Below the pieces are notes generated by a model. That model searched no databases. It had not been told where the DNA came from and worked only from the letters and a program-made list of their open reading frames with translations. From Tubiluchus corallicola (lineage: Eukaryota > Animalia > Priapulida), in the NCBI GenBank assembly GCA_030141605.1, contig JAQGDQ010001406.1:1-42362 (forward strand): 42,362 nt of DNA, given 5' to 3'. A program made the translations under genes and the position numbers. Below are positions 37,986 through 42,362 of this stretch, piece after piece; within the stretch, counting starts at the first letter, position 1, and each line of letters starts with the position of its first letter.

Positions 37986-38853
37986 GAAACTAACACCTGC
38001 ACAATTGTACTGTACAGGCAACATTCAGAACCGGTGAGGTACAACGTGACGACTTTCTTGTAATTCTCATGGTTCAGGTGGCAAGGTGTGACAACATAAT
38101 TAGGTATTAAGTCTTTTTATTGTAATTCAGGCTGGGTGGGAGAGGCACTGAGATGGAAAAAAAGATGACTAAGCATCTTATATTCAAATTATACATTACA
38201 ATTATTTATATTACTCGCCAATAATATAAATACATTTAAAAAAATAAAAAAACCTGACTTGAAACTTTACTTGAAAATGTGTGATATGATAAATTGAATA
38301 ACATGCCAATACTTATTATCATAATTATATACTTCCACTACACTAACTAAGTGTTCATCCTTTTACTTGCTCTTCTGATTTACTTGCTCATATTTGTGTG
38401 TTTTTAATGTATTAAGCGCGTATTCTGTATTTTTAGTTGTAATTTTACATTATACACACAGTCATTTGTTCTGTGTCTTAAAGGACGTATAAGTCACTTT
38501 GACTTCTGTTAATTATCGATGTATTCTGAATATTATAAATAATAACTGTTAATAAATAATAATAAATAATACAGATATATCAAAATTATGTAAAAACAAT
38601 TAGCTTGCACTCGCCTTATCTGTTTGCTACTAAAGTTTGTAACCCTCAACATTGCTGAGCACTGAAATACTAAAAATTGAGGAATGACCTAGATGACTAG
38701 CATTTATTTACATATTATGACCGACAACACAAAAAACTATTAACATATAGTAGGCGGCGTTGATAAGTTAATCTGAAGTTTACATCACGAAAAGAAAAAG
38801 TACATAGAAATAAATAAGAATACAAAAGAAATAGTTGATGAAAGATGTCATTA

Positions 38854-38935
38854 CACACAACATACTAGCTAACAAATATCAATGAAAACTGGTCACACAA
38901 CATACTAGCTAACAAATATCAATGAAAACTGGTCA
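38854..38935. repeat. Exact 40-bp tandem duplication
   Basis: CACACAACATACTAGCTAACAAATATCAATGAAAACTGGT occurs twice. Confidence 0.9.
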
Positions 38936-39919
38936 GGTTCGTCTGACTTACGTACCAACAGCCAGGCATCTGACCACAAACCCAAAATGCACAGTTTAAA
39001 TATAAAACTGTTGTCAAAAATAGAAATCAATGAACAATTAGTACTCAAGCGTCAAGAGGAACTTGCAAAACCTTTAAGATAATATCGAAAATGTCTAAGA
39101 CTCAGTCAACCAATCGGTAATGACTTGAAGCCAATAAACCCAACTATTAAATGTACGTACAACTATTTTGGGAGGTGGCAATCACGGTCAGTTATAAAGT
39201 TCCGTTTTTCAATATGGCGGGGCCCTGTGTTTAACATATATGAGGAAGATAGAGAAGACACTGATGGTTAAAATGAGATTAAGTCCATGTTAAAGACCAT
39301 TTCTGAAAAAGAAGATTCAAAACACGATTAGCATCAGCATGCTATTTTTGACTTGAAGTAAACCCGCCATCTTTAACAATTATTTCAAAATTTCTTTACC
39401 GTAAAATCAGAGATGATATGTATACAGATAGAAATAATAGAATCACGACAGACAAGTTGGGATTTTTCGGCGCTCACTGAATTTTCATGAATTCGCTCAC
39501 GGCGACGAATATTTGACATAAAACTGCCTCCTTGCCTAATACGCTTGTGATATCCGTGCGAACTGACAATTGTTTATTTTACGATTCAGCCTAGACATTG
39601 GAAATCACATAAACACGAGTTTTCTGATCAGCGTTAAATTATTGTAAACTGATGGTTAATTGTGGACCCGATTATCATGAAAATCAAGTACATTAATTAG
39701 AAATGCGTTGAAACCGTGACTGTATTATAGTGAAAAACAAAAGAAAGGGTTAACTTTTGCTGGGAACATGTGCTCTATACATCCGGCTTTTCTAGTTAAA
39801 TTTTCATACTTGCAGTTGTAATTGAAAAAATGATGCAGCGCGATTCTTTTTTTCTCTCATTGTGCTTCATTGGTTGTAAGTTATAATAAATACTGAGGAA
39901 TCAGTTTTTTCTTTTATCA

Positions 39920-40472
39920 ATGATGAATGTTAAAGGAAAGGACAGATTGCGCATCTTATTAACCGTAAACATATTTTTCATCGCTTTTATTATGTTTTTC
40001 TATTCCGAAGAAAATTTACAGATTTCAAATAACATAAATATTGTGAAAAGGCAGCGTAATATTGCAGTTTTTATAGCAATAGCCAGCGCTTTCAAAGAAA
40101 GACTTACTAGAAGAAACAATCTCAGAAAAACCTGGCTGAATGGTTCACACATGAACCGAGATATTGCTTACAGTTTTTTTACTGATCAATATGATAATTC
40201 AGGTAAAAATATCAGTTACCTGCACATGAAGAAACTAAAAAATGAACAACATCATTACGGTGATTTAACATTCACTGAAGTTCCATCAGGTTTAAACAAT
40301 GCACGTAGATTACTGTGGATTATGGGATGGGCTATTGAAAGATACAACTTTACTTACTTCATGAAGGTTGATGATGACGTATTTGTTTGTATGGAGAGAC
40401 TCCTGGCAGAGCTTCCATTTCGACCAAAAAAACTTCTTTACTGGGGAACCGTAAACTGTCGTCCTGGAGTAG
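39920..40472 (+). CDS. GT31 (Galactosyl_T) beta-1,3-glycosyltransferase, first coding exon; 3' exon(s) not found in the window
   Basis: N-terminal TM, FIAIASA..RRNNLRKTW, EQHHYGDL, YFMKVDDDVFV, LYWG. Donor G|GTAAGT at 40473. The ORF tail to 40561 is probably intron read-through. Confidence 0.88.
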
Positions 40473-40797
40473 GTAAGTTTCCGTATTTCCTTTGCCTACA
40501 TGATTTAATTTTGAACGTGACCATTTTCTACGTTAAAAACAAGTACAATTGTTTTAAGTGAAATGAGTTTGCTTTAAGTGCTGCTGGACCTAAACTGCAT
40601 CACCGCATCCCATTCGAGTACCATATTGGAGCTGATTATCATATTGAAGCTCCTTGAGTACGATGTGCCAAAACTTAGAACTAACGAAAGAAAATCTTAA
40701 AGCTATGTATAATAAAATGCAGCTAAGCTATTTATTTGTAACAGCCCATTGCTACAGGTTTGTCATTACTCGGATCACTAAGGAAGTTATTAATTAA

Positions 40798-41275
40798 CAC
40801 TTAACATCCTAGTGTTTCATTACTGTAACGCAAACATTGGCATCTACTATTATTAATTTGTAAATTCATATAAACTTTGAAGAAGCACAATGCCTGTCAA
40901 TACAATGGCGACACACAATGAGAAAACAATGCGACGAAAACAATCGACCACTTGCATTTGGGGGCTTTTGTTGCAGTCACAATTTTTTAGCTGTGCAGTG
41001 ATGACATCTCCTTAAGTGGTGAGTTTTTGTTAAATTCTTATAAAACATCCAGGTAAAATATGTTAGTGGAATATTTTATTAGATACGCTAGGCAATCATA
41101 ACATAAAAAGCTAGCACAAATTTAGTTTTTTTAATAGCTGCTGATAGGGTATTTATGCTGTGTTACACACACGTAACGCTAGGCTATTATAAGTCAATGC
41201 ACACATATGTAATGTGATTTTGTTTTTTGTATATAGCCTCATGGCTGGGGGAGATTGGGTGCTACGTTACAATGC
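40798..41275 (+). mobile_element. Shorter mirror copy of the piggyBac 5' end, inside the GT31 intron
   Basis: TTAA at 40794-40797 then CACTTAACATCCTAG. ATG at 41241. Breaks off after about 11 codons. Confidence 0.75.
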
Positions 41276-42062
41276 ATATCGTCTACTTTCTTCAACCAAA
41301 AGTTCATAGAATTCATTGCTAAAGGATAGTTTAAAAGGTTCTTTCGCCGAAAAATTGCGATATTTGACAATGTTTGGTTTCGTTATCCAGTTCACCAAGT
41401 CGTTTGCCTTGGCTCAGGACAACTTCAGCTGGAGACAAGCAACTGATTGCCGGACAAGTTGTCCATGGCAGCCCCTTCATCCTCCGGAGTCCTCATCAGC
41501 GAGTTCTTCTGGACTGGTGGTTCAATATATATTTTGACGGCTTCCAAATTTCCATCTTATTCTAGAACATGCAGTACTTTCTCAGCATTATAACGTAGCA
41601 CCCAATCTCCCCCAGCCATGAGGCTATATACAAAAAACAAAATCACATTACATATGTGTGTATTGACTTATAATAGCCTAGCGTTACGTGTGTGTAACAC
41701 AGCATAAATACCCTATCAGCAGCTATTAAAAAAACTAAATTTGTGCTAGCTTTTTATGTTATGATTGCCTAGCGTATCTAATAAAATATTCCACTAACAT
41801 ATTTTACCTGGATGTTTTATAAGAATTTAACAAAAACTCACCACTTAAGGAGATGTCATCACTGCACAGCTAAAAAATTGTGACTGCAACAAAAGCCCCC
41901 AAATGCAAATGGTCGATTGTTTTCGTCGCATTGTTTTCTCATTGTGTGTCGCCATTGTATTGACAGGCATTGTGCTTCTTCAAAGTTTATATGAATTTAC
42001 AAATTAATAATAGTAGATGCCAATGTTTGCGTTACAGTAATGAAACTCTAGGATGTTAAGTG
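41276..42062 (-). mobile_element. 5' part of a decayed piggyBac element (terminus at 42062 next to TTAA; transposase ATG at 41619)
   Basis: Terminus TTAA|CACTTAACATCCTAG. Translation MAGGDWVLRYNAEKVLHVLE*DGNLEAVKIYIEPP / EELADEDSG / MDNLSGNQL / PAEVVL / YRNFSAKEPFKLSFSNEFYELLVEESRRYA matches PGBD-type N-termini. Confidence 0.8.
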
Positions 42063-42362
42063 TTAATTAATAACTTCCTTAGTGATCCGAGTAATGACAA
42101 ACCTGTAGCAATGGGCTGTTACAAATAAATAGCTTAGCTGCATTTTATTATACATAGCTTTAAGATTTTCTTTCGTTAGTTCTAAGTTTTGGCACATCGT
42201 ACTCAAGGAGCTTCAATATGATAATCAGCTCCAATATGGTACTCGAATGGGATGCGGTGATGCAGTTTAGGTCCAGCAGCACTTAAAGCAAACTCATTTC
42301 ACTTAAAACAATTGTACTTGTTTTTAACATAGAAAATGGTCACGTTCAAAATTAAATCATGT

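Larger units (their letters stand above)
40498..42362. repeat. Long inverted repeat: arms 40498-41275 and 41585-42362, 309-bp spacer
   Basis: Paired coordinates sum to 82860. Mismatches seen at 40531, 40813, 40951, 41199 and 41270. Confidence 0.97.

Noticed and set aside
41237-41322. Candidate GT31 exon 2 after ttttttgtatatag
   Set aside because: It would add ASWLGEIGCY...HC* with no GT31 C-terminal motifs. The acceptor belongs to the piggyBac 5' region.
41234-41626. Apparent 393-bp MITE with ~42-bp TIRs at the palindrome apex
   Set aside because: The 'TIR' contains the piggyBac start codon and is simply the inner end of the long fold-back arms.

Overview
AT-rich, repeat-dense eukaryotic DNA, most likely from an invertebrate animal (GT-AG introns, satellites, decayed LINE, MULE and piggyBac elements). 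Five genes are credible. One is a small secreted Cys-rich peptide (1236-1568, -). The other four lie within about 21 kb and encode non-homologous type II membrane (Golgi-like) proteins: a CHST/HNK-1-family sulfotransferase (19460-20488, +), a DUF268 methyltransferase-like protein (two exons, 33370-32090, -), an FkbM/Star-like methyltransferase (36176-37159, +) and the first coding exon of a GT31 galactosyltransferase (39920-40472, +). The best candidate for a new system is this grouping, read as an animal glycan-tailoring gene cluster (glycosylation, sulfation, O-methylation). Both window ends are fold-back inverted repeats: 1-820 pairs with 2845-3667, and 40498-41275 pairs with 41585-42362. 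The right one turns inside a piggyBac transposase 5' region and truncates the GT31 gene. These could be amplification or assembly chimeras, or real inverted duplications. All family assignments come from motif recognition by eye; no searches were run.
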